A DNA stretch of 64,000 nt from Amoebophrya sp. A120. Taxonomy: Eukaryota; Protista; Dinoflagellata. A program made the translations under genes and the position numbers. Below, in pieces: positions 33,974-46,138 of the stretch; the first letter of the stretch is position 1; every line of letters starts with the position of its first letter. Under the pieces are notes generated by a model, which saw only the letters and a program-made list of their open reading frames with translations, made no database searches and was not told the DNA's origin. The DNA lies in NCBI GenBank assembly GCA_905178155.1, contig CAJINV010000019.1:626475-690474 (forward strand), written 5' to 3'.

Positions 33974-36900
33974 TTACCGCTTAGCATTTTCTTGCCTTCC
34001 TCTTTCTTCCTCTTTCAACACTTCCCTCCTCCGGTCAAAAAAGTCGAACACCGCTTTGTCGGACCAGCATGCTAAACCCTTCGTCTCTTTTTATGGCGTT
34101 CTCAATTGTTACATTCTCAACCGTTCCATGGATTTGTAATGCAAAAACAGCAATAGGAACAAAAGGGGAAAGCTTGCAAGTCTTGCATTACAAATTTGGC
34201 ACGGATTTAGATGCTGTTTAGCCCTTCGACAATTTGTCACGCGAAGCAGCTTGATAGTCCTCTTGCGGCTCATGGTCATTCGGCATGACAAATCATGTAA
34301 CACAGTTGAGAATGTAACGTTTGGGAACGCCATACTTTCCGAAACGGCCAGAACATCCCGTCCAGCATCGGGCAGTGCGACCCCGACTGTATCGCAAGAA
34401 AAAACTGTTTCACTGTGAACTTGTGATGCAGAGAACGAAGCACCAAAGTGTTTGTCTTGCCACACCTGCAACACATCGGAGTTTCAAGCCTGTTTTCCCT
34501 TGGAAAGCACGCATGGCAAATTTTCCGTGTCATGTGTAACAAACTTGTGATGCACAACTTACAAAATCCTTACAGTGAAACACTTTTTTCGTATGATAGA
34601 CTGCGCCACCACCACGATCCATGGGTTTTCCTGCACATCCTCCGATGTTTCAATGTGCTCTTTATTCGTCTTCCCAAACCCCGAATCCTTTATCTTCCAC
34701 TTAGTTTTCTCATCACAGAAGTTTTCGTGCAAACTACCCCGTTTTATCGTCTTGAAATTTTTCACGTTCGAGATTGGATCGTCCTCCCCAATCACCGTCA
34801 AAATCGGCGTTTCCGTGATGTCTGGGAAAAATCTCACCGGGTTTTCGTTCTCGTCAAATTTCTCCCTGCCGGATTTGTAGCCCGCGAAGACGTATCCTGT
34901 GCAAAAGTATCGCACTCGCATTGCAGTCATGCAATACAAGTTTTGTTCTTAACGCAAATCCGCATTACAAATTTTATTTCTCATGCTGAGGAAATTTGTC
35001 ATGCATTTATACGAGTACGACACTTTTGCAGTTCATAAGACGCACATCGCGTCCACGATCTCCTCGAAGCTGTTTGCGTTGATCGCTTCTTCGTACGCTA
35101 TCAAATGCAAAAATGTCTGGGTCTGGAGGAGTGCATGTTTGTAATGCTTGTCTAGCATGACTCTGAAATCTGTCATGCACGTTACCCAAGAGCCCCGCTT
35201 TTCTGTCATGCAGAAACGCAGTCTGTCATGGAGAATAGGCAACACCTAGAAGCTCAGAAACGTGTCATGCTGAGCCAGCACTTGTGGTTTCCTCATGATA
35301 CGCCACCCAGCAAGACAAGTTTCCAGACCCAGACATATCTGCAATGCATATACGCCTCGTTATCGAACTCGCGCAGAATTTTCTCATTTCGGATCAGGAA
35401 GTAGCTCTGCACGCCGTTGACCAGAATCGAGTCGAACAGCGGACTGCACTGGGTCAAACAGCCGCCGGGGGCGATGTCAAAGCCGGGGTACAATGCGCAC
35501 CCGGCGTCGAATTTGGGTGGGGGGATAGGTTTGACGAAATTCAAATTCTTCGCGGTTTCATTCGGGATTAATACTGCAGGGGACCCTCTGCCCATTTTCA
35601 ATTGCGATTTGCTCCTGCTGCTTATGTTGGAAGAGGAGGAAGTAGAGCTGCTTGCGGAAGATATTACAAAGAAAAATGCCCCCACCCCCGAACTTGGGAG
35701 CATTTGCATTGCAAACCTTTCCAAATGAAACCTTCGCCCTCTTGCATCTATCAGCATCACAGATTTCCAATCGTGAATAGCAAAAATTTGTATTGCAAAA
35801 GATCCCAGCAAGAGCGGCGTTTGTCATGCGCGCGATGCTATATACGCCTCAGACTCTGCATCAGAAAGATTGGATTCACAGTCCTTGCATGCATGACAAA
35901 AAGTTTTCATTTGAAAACTTCGCATCACAAATTATTTCAACTTTCAGGTTGCGGGCATTTTTCACTGCAATAGAAGAACTGCCGTGAACATCGCCAGAAT
36001 TAAAACTACTTCCGGTGGCTGTAGAGACTAAGGAAGCTGCACTGTCGAAACTGGTAATGCTGCGGTTCGTATTTCCTTTATTTCCACGACTTTCTCCTAG
36101 AGAAGAAAGCCCAGAACGTTGCTCAACATCTTGCGGCTGTACTTGCAGCGCGCCCGCGTTCTTCTGCATCACCGCTTCCAGTTCCCTCCTCCGTCTATCA
36201 AACTTCCCCATCGCGGTGACTAGCAACGCACTGCCAGCGCTGATCCCGATACAGAATTTCTCCACGGTTTTGTCCGGCAACACATTGTTCACGACGTGGT
36301 TGAAAGCGATCTCTAAATCAAAAACGTCCCCGAAAATGTTGAACCTCGGGGATTCGAGCAACCCTTGTCCCTGCCCCCGTCTTTCCAAAACCACCACCCG
36401 GTACCCGCGGTGATTTGCGTAGAGGATTTGGTGGATCCCGGGCAAATCTTCCGCGTCACACGCCAACCCGGGCAGGATGAAGACGATCGGGGCGGAATCG
36501 GGGAGGGTAAGTGTGGGCTTCGTTCTTGATGACCGGGACGAGCTACTACTGTGTTGATTTCGATCCGCTGCTGCTCCTCCTGTGTTTATTCCTCCAGTTT
36601 CCTTTGTTCCTGCTGCAAACGGCGGAATCACGACGATCTTCAAGTTGTGCGCCATATTTCGTTTCACTCCATCCCCCTCTGTTCGCTCCTCCCCGTTCTC
36701 GTCTAGTTCTTTATTCTCGAGATCGAACGACCGAACATAATGCACCTCCCGGGCCGGTTGGAAATACTTCCCGTGGATTCCATTCTGCAGCATCCACGGC
36801 AGAAATTGCAACAGCGGGTGGAAACACCAAATCGGCGGTCGGGGGCCGGCGTGGAAGGAGTTTGGTAAAAATTTCACGTAGTGTTCCCGCATGAATCTGG

Positions 36901-37372
36901 TCGCGTAGATCTCCGCCGGCTTGGATTTTTGGTAGTAGGGAACGGCGAAGACAGCGAAGAAGAGGTAAAAAATCAGGAAAGCCGCCATTAAAAGAAGCGA
37001 GAACAGCGGAAAGTTGTTTCTCGCGAGCGTTGTAAAGTTTTGTTCCAGGTAAAATTGCTCGACCACGTAGTAATAAATGCTGGAGAGAAGAATGAGACCC
37101 GTGCGCAGCGCGAAGCAGAGGAAGCAAATGACCGACGCGAGTCGGTATTCGTAGATCGCGAGGTGCATGAGTTTTTGGACAGGGTTGCCACCCGTGTTTA
37201 CTGCCACTTTTTTCTTCGGTTTGGAGGGGGAGGATGGTTGTACCTGGATCGTTTCATTTTGCGGCTTCGAGGTAGTCGTAGAGGATGCTGTGCCGCGAGC
37301 GAGTGCCGTGGGTTTATTTGCCGACGGCGAGGAAGGAGATGTAGGCGGCATTTTGGGTGTTGCTTTGCTCAC
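33974..37372 (-). CDS. ABHD1/2/3 (YheT)-like alpha/beta hydrolase with N-terminal transmembrane segments
   Basis: IVFILPGL, GYRVVVLERRG, nucleophile elbow GISAG, PILTVIGEDDP (Asp) and GSHCPMLDG (His), assembled across 5 introners. Stop at 33974-33976. Confidence 0.85.
34092..34334. mobile_element. Introner family I
   Basis: TATGGCGTTC...GAACGCCATA; TSD CTTTT/CTTTC. Confidence 0.88.
34390..34598. mobile_element. Introner family G (reverse orientation of 29462-29670)
   Basis: TIRs; TSD GACTG/GACTG. Confidence 0.92.
34893..35037. mobile_element. Introner family B
   Basis: TIRs; TSD AGACG/AGACG. Confidence 0.92.
35099..35350. mobile_element. Introner family A
   Basis: TIRs; TSD TACGC/TACGC. 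Confidence 0.92.
35662..35972. mobile_element. Introner family H
   Basis: TATTACAAAGAAAAATGCCC...GGGCATTTTTCACTGCAATA; TSD GAAGA/GAAGA. Confidence 0.88.
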
Positions 37373-38370
37373 TGATCTAGTACTTTCTTTGCTGCAAGGT
37401 CTCGGGAACCGAAGTGAGCAGTAATCTCTCGTTTTACTAGAGCTACATTCTAGACTTTTCCACGATTTCGTTCTATTTCATCTCGGTCAGCAGAAATCCA
37501 ATAATTTTTTCCGCGCAGGTAGCTGCTGCACGAGGAGTAGTATGTACCGTGAGAAAGCATTGGATGCGTATTTGCACCAAATAGGATCAATGCGGCCCGA
37601 CAAAAGCAAACCCATCTCGTCTTCGCGTATCTCACTCATGCGACTCGCACGAGTTCTGGTTCTATCTTCTGGTGTGCTCTCGACAGAGCGTAAACGATGT
37701 GGGCAACTACGCACTGCAACTACACAATAAAGAGGTCGTGAGAGTCTGCCATGCGCTAAGGCAGAAAGCGAAGTGTGGGCATTAAAATTTCATACGTGCT
37801 AGTACTACTACTATCAGTCTCAGCAAATTAAAATTTCACGGAAAATGAAAGGTCCTGCGAAGGAGAAATAGGGAGAAAAGCAAAATTTTGGTCTTGCTGA
37901 CTGTGAATGTTAATATCAGCGCCAGCACTATGTTGGAGTAAAAGTAATGCACTTCTTGCAAGGAGAATGCATCTGTAGTTTCACGCACCACCTCACCGAG
38001 CGGTCAATCTACAACTCCAAATTCAATGGCATAGAAGTACTTCTACTTCGTATTCACCGACAGAATTGCTATTGCAATCTCCTTGGATGCCCGTCACGTA
38101 AGAACACCGATTTATTACGGTCCAGCCACTTGCTGACTGCAGGGCGTTCTGGAAACACGACAGCAGCTCGTTTTGCACAATGCAGGTAGTAGACCGGATT
38201 ACAGTCACCACAATTATCATGCTCGTTTGGTGTGAAAAGAAACCATGTTGATGAAGAATCTTCTTCTTTCTTCTTCGAAGTAGAACCGAGCATGCAGGGT
38301 CGACGGAAGTCGCGGCGTGCATTTAGCCAAACACACAGCAGATGATTATTTAAGATTTATGTCCTCCCGT

Positions 38371-41300
38371 TCACAACGCCGTCCCCGCCCGTTCCTTCGG
38401 AAACCGCATGCGTTTCCCGAAATCCACCGGATAGATTCTGTTTACCCCCTGCACATTCAACTTCCGATTCAAACTTCCATCCGGCTGCAGAAAATCGATT
38501 TGCGCACACCCGGTCTTCCGCGGACACGGCTCCTTCTCAAACGACGTTCTCGGGTCTTGCGCCTCCGCTGCAACTTGGCTACCCCCCGTGTCCTCAAAAT
38601 TTCCCAACCCGGACAAATCGTCGGTATCATCCTTGGGCGGGAACAAAAACTTCGCGACCTTCCCCAACAGCCACACACCCTTTCCCCCGCGGGATTTGTC
38701 CAGCACTTCCACCTGCGATCCGACCACTAGTTTTCGATCGCGCTCGGGGACGAGCAGCACATCGTCCGCCTCCCGGCAAAACACGCGCTCGGTGGATTCT
38801 TCTCCTTTCGGTTTTGTCGCTAAATCCGGCATATCAAATGTAAAAATGTCTGGGTCTGGAAGGATCCGAATTTGTGATGCGTATTTCGGATCCTACAAAG
38901 ATCTGTGATGCATAACGTGCAAAAGGTGCCCACTTCTGGCCATGCTGAGAGGGCATTTCTCATGCAGAATACGCATCACCAAGGGGCTGCAGAACCTGTG
39001 ATGCTAGGCCCTGCATTCCAGACGTGGGGGAGCTTGGAAAAGCTGCATGACAAATTTCGGAATCTCCCAGACCCAGACACTTTTGCACTTGATACGGCAG
39101 GAAACAGATCCCCATTTTGTCCGGGCGGATCTTCGGCCGGCAAGAAGTTTCGCATTTCTCCGTGTAGGGGAAGATCAGTTCTTTAAGGGGGAAGGTCGTG
39201 TTTACGCCCCCCTGACCCTTCACTTTGGTGGCGTATGAAGAGCAAAATTTGCATTTTGTATGCTATCACAGAAAATAAGCTAAAACAGTACGTGTCAAAA
39301 AAAAGCAACCCGTGTCTAATACTCCTGTCGGACAAAGAGCTTCATACAAGTTTTAGGTCTGGTGTCAATTTTCATCACAAGTCTGGAAATAAAAGCCCCA
39401 GTGCCTGTTCCCGATTTTGATTTGCCGTGCTAGCTTACAAAATTTTGTCTTCACTCGCATATCGTGAGCATGGGCACGATTGGATACTTGGTAATCGGCA
39501 ACTTCATGCAGTGCAGCGGCCCTTTTTTCACACTCGGCTGCAATCCGGTCGCGCCGCACACCGCATACTGATTGGACTTTACGTCGTAAAGAAAAGCCAG
39601 GTTTTTGTTCTTCTCCCCATCCTTCTTTCCCAGATCCTCTCCATCCTTCATCAACTCGTCGAGCAACGTCTTCTTTTCCCCCTTTTGGTTCGAAGAAAGG
39701 AAGCAGTCCGCGGGGGAATCTTCAAAGAAGCACTGTGGCTCGTCGGTGAAGAGCTTCTGGTACCGCTTGTACAGCTATCCTGTGCAAAAGTATCGCACTC
39801 GTATAGCAATCATGCATTACACATTTTCTTGTTAAGTCAAATCCGCATTACAAATTTTATTTCTCATGCCAAGGAAATTTGTAATGCATTTATACAAGTA
39901 CGAATACGATTATCGTATAATTTTTGCAATGCATAACAGCTCCGGGCTGAAGGTGTCCGTCTCCTTGTCTTCTGGGGACAAGAAGCGAAAAGCAGGCGGG
40001 GCGTGGTTTCGCGGAACCGCTTCGCCGGCCGGGTCCAGGTCGCAGGTGCTGAAGTCGTAGCCACGCTTTACGGTTTTCGGGTAGCCAATATCGATTTTGT
40101 CTTTCGCGTCGGCGAGTAGCTGTGATCTAGTTTTCATCACCATTTTCGCCGCTTTATTTGATGCTGGTGATCCACCTTCTGCCGCGGATGCGGAAGAAGC
40201 TTTTTTATTTCCCGCTGCTGCTGCTGCTGTTCCTCCTTCTGGCTCCATGCAAAAATCCCTGGTGATCCCTTCCGGCGGCAAATCTTCCGGGATGCGGTCC
40301 GCTTCCTTGGATTTCTCACTTTCCTCGTAGTGCTGGTTTTCGCCGATTCGGAAACGCTGGAACCGCCGACTCGGAGCATCTGTGATCGATGACGCTTTGT
40401 TCGCGTTTTCCTTGTGTGTCTCCGCCTTGTGAATCCGCAGCCCGAACTTCCGCAATTCGTGGTACGCGTCTCTCGTGGTAAGATTGTCGTGCTTCTTCGC
40501 GTACTCTCCCTTGCTGACCGCGAAAAACCGATGACAGGCGGTTTCCAAAATCCCCTCGCGAAGTTTCTCGATTAATTCCTTCTTCGGCAGAGGATCGTCG
40601 TTTTTCGCGTCGAAACCGAAAATCTTCTTAAATTTCGACCCAATCACGTCGGCCAGATTCTCCGCAAAATCGCGGATGTCATTTGGCTCCTTATTAGCAG
40701 GAGGTGGAGCTGCTCCTTCTGCGCCATCTCCATCTGCCGCAGGAGGAACAGCTGCATCCTGTTTCGCGTCTTTCTTCGACGCTCCTATGTCGTCGTTGTT
40801 GCCCTTGAAACCCCCAATAGTACTCCCGTCCTCTTCAAACTCCAATCTCCCAAATTCCCGCGGATCCGTTTTCTTGTCCAAAATCCATCTCGGCGTCGTA
40901 AACACCCTGTCATTTGCACCGTCGCGCCACCGAACCCCGAGACACTGGTCGTCCCCATCGCCGCAGTCGTCGGAGTGCACCAAGTATGCATTGCAAATAT
41001 GTCTGGGTCTGGAAGAGTGGAGGGTTTGTCATGCAGGTTTTCCATGACCCGTGAGGTCTGGCATACAGAGCCTAGCATGACAGATTCTGTGGGATCTCTA
41101 TCATGCCTCTCCTGCATGAGAGACTGCCTCTCAACTTGGGCAAAGATGGATAGCTTTTGGTAAGCACGCAACACAGGTTTTTGCACGATTCCAGACTTAG
41201 CATGACAAGTTGCTTTCTTCCAGACCCGGACATATTTGCATTTCATACCAAGATTCCGCGCTTCCACAGCCCCGGATTGGTCATCAAATTCTTCTTATCA

Positions 41301-42098
41301 AATGCAAATACGTCTGGGTCTGGAAATTTGTGATGCAGGGAAGGGAATAGTGAGCTCACTGTAATGCGCTGCCAAACATGACAAGTTTTTTGCATGGTTC
41401 TGAGTTGCGTATTCTGCATGAGAAGCTGCGTCGTTGCATGACAGGGAGTAGCGGCTCTTCGCGACCGCGCAATACAGAGCTCAGAGTCATGCTAGACTAG
41501 CATGACAAGTCTCGGAATCTCCCAGACCCAGACATTTTTGCATTTGATACTCCTCCGGAGACAATTTTTTCCTCGGTCTCCACACCCACAACTCGTTGTC
41601 CGGGTTCAATCCGCTGTAGCCGAGTTTTGAAAACTTTTTCACGCTGCTGTTCGCCGCCCGCCGGCGCAAGTTGCACTTCTTCTCCATCACGGTCGGATTG
41701 GGAGAAGCAGTGTTCTCATTTAACATCACAGCGGAAGACTCCATGTTTGGTCGCTGCGATGGGGGTCTTGTGGAGAAGTCACCGCTACCTCCGCCCACTT
41801 GCTCGGTCGTTTGCTGTTTTTTCATGTCTTCGACGTGCACCTCAGTGCTCTTTGCGAACTGCGCACTGACACCGGTTCTCGCATCATTCGCGGTGGGGAC
41901 AAGAATACTGTCGACGAAGCCTTTGGCATTGTGGTTGGAAATGAAGTCCGCGAGCTCCGGATTCACGAAGGCGGTCGAGGCGAGCGGCATTTTTTGGTGT
42001 TTTCGAATTTCTGTTTTTAAATTATAACTCAAGGTTGTAAGAACGTCGGCAGCACTTCTACGTTGGAGAAAAGTTGCGAAGCAGGACACCACGTCCAC
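38371..42098 (-). CDS. Paralogue B of the unknown Cys-containing family
   Basis: ORFs 41487, 39910, 39451 and 38371 join across 5 introners; colinear similarity to 42588-46138. Start uncertain. Confidence 0.7.
38832..39094. mobile_element. Introner family A
   Basis: TIRs; TSD CGGCA/CGGCA. Confidence 0.92.
39234..39461. mobile_element. Degenerate introner (family J)
   Basis: TATGAAGAGCAAAATTT...AAATTTTGTCTTCACTCGCATA; flanks TGGCG/TCGTG; removing element + 5 bp restores the frame. Confidence 0.7.
39776..39935. mobile_element. Introner family B
   Basis: TIRs; TSD ACAGC/ACAGC. Confidence 0.92.
40985..41247. mobile_element. Introner family A
   Basis: TIRs; TSD CCAAG/CCAAG. Confidence 0.92.
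41296..41549. mobile_element. Introner family A
   Basis: TIRs; TSD CTTCT/CTCCT. Confidence 0.9.
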
Positions 42099-42587
42099 GA
42101 AAAGCGAATATCTTTATCATTATTTCTTCATGCCACACGTAAAAATCACCATCATAAACAGAAAAGACGATGTAGTTTCCATAGCCATGGCTGTATGCGA
42201 TGTACGAAATAAGAATCAACAGTGAATGCTGCTTGTTGTGCCTCTCTGAAGTAGCCCCAGTCGCCTCTTCTTGCGTGGCGAAACGACCAAAGCGATGACG
42301 ATTATGATCACACGACCACGGCAAGTGGGAGACACGATCACGAGAGGCGGAGAAACGGGTGACAAGTTGCCGGTAGCAATTGCTTTGTTTGGACCTTCAG
42401 CAGAAGGACCCGCTGGAATGTTGAAAAATGCGAATGTTAATCGTGTCTGTGTTTTTACATTCTTGGCGTTGCCAATGAATATGAAACATTTGTATATGTG
42501 TCTACATACGGCTACAGCTAACTGTTGACACAAGCCACTTCTATCTTGATCTTTGGAAGATCAGAGCCTGTCACGCATGAAAAAATC

Positions 42588-45500
42588 TTACAACATCGCC
42601 CCCGAAGAAACAACTCTTTCCGCCGGAAACCGCATGGTTTTTCCAATTTGCACTGGATAGATCCTGTTCTGCCGCTGCACATTCAACTTCCGGTTCAATC
42701 CCCCATCACTTTGCTATGAGAGTGCACAACTCGCTCTTAAAAATGCATGAGCAGCAACAGACGCGCGGGCAAGAGTGCAGCTTTTGCATGATCAGTCATA
42801 CAAGACTGTAGTTCTGTTTGGGCTTCGCCTTCGGTAACGTGTCATGCAAATAGAGCGAAGAGGCAAAGGGTGAACTTGCGCTCTTGCGTGACAAACGAAG
42901 GGGAGTTGTGCATTCTCATATGTTCAAGAAATCGATCTCTGCACAGCCGGTGACTGGCGGGCAGGGTTTTTTGTCGAAAGATGTCCGAGGGTCAGAAGCA
43001 ACGCTGCCTTGTTTCTCCGCGAGGCTCCCTCCGTCGTCTGCCTGATCGTAGCCCAAACCGGATAAATCGTCCGATGCATCCTTCTCCGGGAACAGCAACC
43101 TCGTCACTTTCCCGAGCAACCAACTTCCCTTCTCCTTCCCGCGGCTTTTGTCCAATACCTCCACTTGGGTACCGACGGTGACTTTCCTATCCCTCTCCGG
43201 GATCAGTAACAAGTCCTCCGCTTTGCGGCAGAAAACGTCCGTCATCGCCGTGTTTTTCTCCGGATCGAGCACGACGTCGGGGAGGAAGCAGAGCCCGATT
43301 TTCTTCCCATTTTCAAACTTCGGTTTGCAAGTTCTGTTGCACTGTTGCACGAATTTCGCAAAATTCTTCTCCAACCGCGGCATCTCGAACGCGGTCCTGT
43401 GTTCCCTCCGGAGTTTCTTCGGAAAGATCGGGTAAATGGGGTACTTCGTGATCCGGATTTTCGCGCAGTGCATTGCCCCGTGTTGCAAAGTCGGATTTGA
43501 TGTCCCGGTAGCACCGCAAATCGCGTATTCGTTCGCTTTCACGTCAAACAAAAACGCAGTCGTTTCGTCATTTTTCCCGTGCACTACTTCCTGACCGTCG
43601 TCTTTCAGCGCTTCTAACAGAAAATTTTTCTCGACTTTTTGCTCCGCTGTTAACATGCAGTCCACCGGGGAGTCGTCGAACAAACAGGGATTCTCATGGG
43701 AAAACACCGTTTTGTATCGGTCGAACATCTCCGGGCTGAAAGTGGCGGTTTTTTTGCTGGTTGGAATTTCGTCGGACAAGACTTTGAAAGCCGGCGGAGA
43801 ATGATTCCTCGGCAAAGCCTCGCTATGGATTGCAAAAGTGTCTGGGTCTGGGAGATTGCGAGACTTGTCATGCAGGTTTTCCATGATCCATCTCGTCTGG
43901 AATGCAGGGCCTAGCATAAAAGATTCTGTGAAATCCCTATCATGCCTATCCTGCATCATGAGAAACTTTCTCTAAACTGAGTCAAAAGTGTGGACAACTT
44001 TTGGCATTCATGCAGCACAGATTTTCATTTTTGCACGATCCAGAATTAGCATTACAAGTTGCATTCTTCCAGACCCAGACATATTTGCAATGCATATTCA
44101 CCAGCCGGGTTCAAATTGCAGCTGTTCAAGTCGTAGGCGTTCTGGATGGTTTTGGGGAAATTGATCACCGGCCCGTCGGGCTTTTGCTTCGCGAGGTCGA
44201 GGAGCTTGTGCTTCGATCTCATCTTGAGTTGCGCAGGTCGTTTCTTGTGTAGTTTTGTGTTGTCTTTCTTTCCCCCGCCACCGCCGAACCAGGAAGACGC
44301 TGGCTCGTCTTTCTCCGGCTCCTCCACACAGAATTCTTTCGTGATCCCGTCGGGCGGCGTGTCTTCCGGCAGTTTTTCAGCTTGCTTCAACTTTTCCAAG
44401 TAGCGCTCTTGCTCCTGTGCGGAGAACTCTTTATCACTCTCAGAAGCTCCGAAAATCCTTCCGCCCTGCCGTCGAAGTTTTTCCTGCTTGTAGATTCTGA
44501 TCCCGAACTTCTTCAATTGGTGGTAAGCTTCTTTCGCCTCCAGGCCGTCGTGGTCTCTCGCGTACTTCCCCTTCGTTGTTGCGAAGTACCTGTGACACGC
44601 AGCTTCCAAAATACCGGCGCGGAGCTTGTCCACTAGTTCGGTTTTGTTCGGCGACATTTTTGTTCCGGTAGCTGACGCTTTATTCTGATTGAGAGAAGCA
44701 GAAGATGTTTCATCTGTAGTTTTTTCCGCGTCAAGTTCGTCCGGGTCAAAGGCGTCATCATCTGGTTCTTTGCTTACATCGGCATTGTTGCTGTTCTCCT
44801 CCACCACAGCCCGGGGATCGAACCCGAAAATCTGCTTGAATTTCGGCCCCGCCGCCGCCTGTAGATTCAGCGCAAACTCCCGTAAAGGATCCGGCTCTGG
44901 CAGTTTCTTTTCCTTGGGTGTCGTGCCAGAAAGCAAACGCGCGTGCAAAAGCTTCGCGTGGTCGGCCACATGTTGCACAGCTTTCGCGACGTGTGCATGC
45001 ACTGCATTGGAAATGCCAGACAGCCAACCAGAACCCACACCGCTGCTATCGTGTCCTGCCGCGGTAGTTTCGGTGTCCTTCGTGGAGGTGTCCGGAACTT
45101 TACTTTCAGCGTCCTCGCCCGTTTCCTCATCTTCTGGATTAACTGTCTGCCCTACTTCTCCACCACCCGTGGCACTGTTACCGTCATCTTCCTCATCATC
45201 ACCCCTTATTTCCTCACACGCACCGCCGGTACAATCTAACTTCCCGTAGCTCCTCGGATCCAACTGCTCCTCCCGCACCCACCTTGGCGCCGTGAACAAT
45301 CTATTGTTCGTTTGGTCCCGCTATCGAGTGCAAAAATGCCTGGGTCTGGAAACTTGTGATGCAAGGAAGGGAGTAGTGAGCCCACTGTAATGCGCTCCAC
45401 AGCATAACAAATTTTTTTCATGGTTCTGAGTTCGTTGCGTATTCCGGATAACAAACTGCGTTTTTGCATGACAGGGAGGAGGAGCTCTTTGCGGCCACGC

Positions 45501-46138
45501 AATACAGAGTTCAGAGTCATGCCAGACTAGCAGGACAAATCTTGCAATCTTCCAGACCCAGACAATTTTACAATCCATACCCGCCACCGGATCCCGAGAC
45601 ATTCGTCATTCCCAACACCGCAGTCATCGGAATGGACAATCGTTCCTCTTTTCCACATCCCCGGATTCACCATCAGATTTTCCTCCGGATCTAATCCCCT
45701 CTTCGGCCGAAACGCCCAGGACTCGATCACGCCATCCTGGAGTAGCGCGCTGTACCCCTTCTCCAAAAACTTTTTGTACGTGCTGTTCGCGGCGCGGCGG
45801 CGTAAGTTGCAGTGCTTCTCGAGGATGGCCGGGTTGGGAGAAGATTTCGGTTTGTCGAATTGATACGGGGGCTTTTGCGGAATTGCGACTACTACCGAAG
45901 AGCGAGCTGGTGTGGGGCTTCCAACGACTTGCGGATTCGGTTTCAAGTGGTACGCGAGGTGGGCCTCTTCTGCCGGCGGCACATCCAAGTCCGTTGTCGG
46001 CACCTTGGTCAGCGCGACCGCAACCGCGGGCGCCGCGGGCGGGGCTGCGCGACTAGCAATAGATTGCTGGGTGGAGACGAGGTGGCTACTCAGATCCAGC
46101 CCAAAGTGGGCACCGCTAACCCCATCGAGGAGATCCAT
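42588..46138 (-). CDS. Paralogue C of the unknown Cys-containing family (tandem with B)
   Basis: ORFs 45527, 44052 and 42916 plus a last exon (DGGLNRKLNVQRQNRIYPV), joined across 3 introners. Stop at 42588-42590. Confidence 0.7.
42715..42920. mobile_element. Introner family K
   Basis: TATGAGAGTGCACAACTC...GAGTTGTGCATTCTCATA; flanks TTTGC/TGTTC. Confidence 0.85.
43824..44096. mobile_element. Introner family A
   Basis: TIRs; TSD CTCGC/TTCAC (both differences synonymous). Confidence 0.88.
45322..45579. mobile_element. Introner family A
   Basis: TIRs; TSD CCCGC/CCCGC. Confidence 0.92.
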
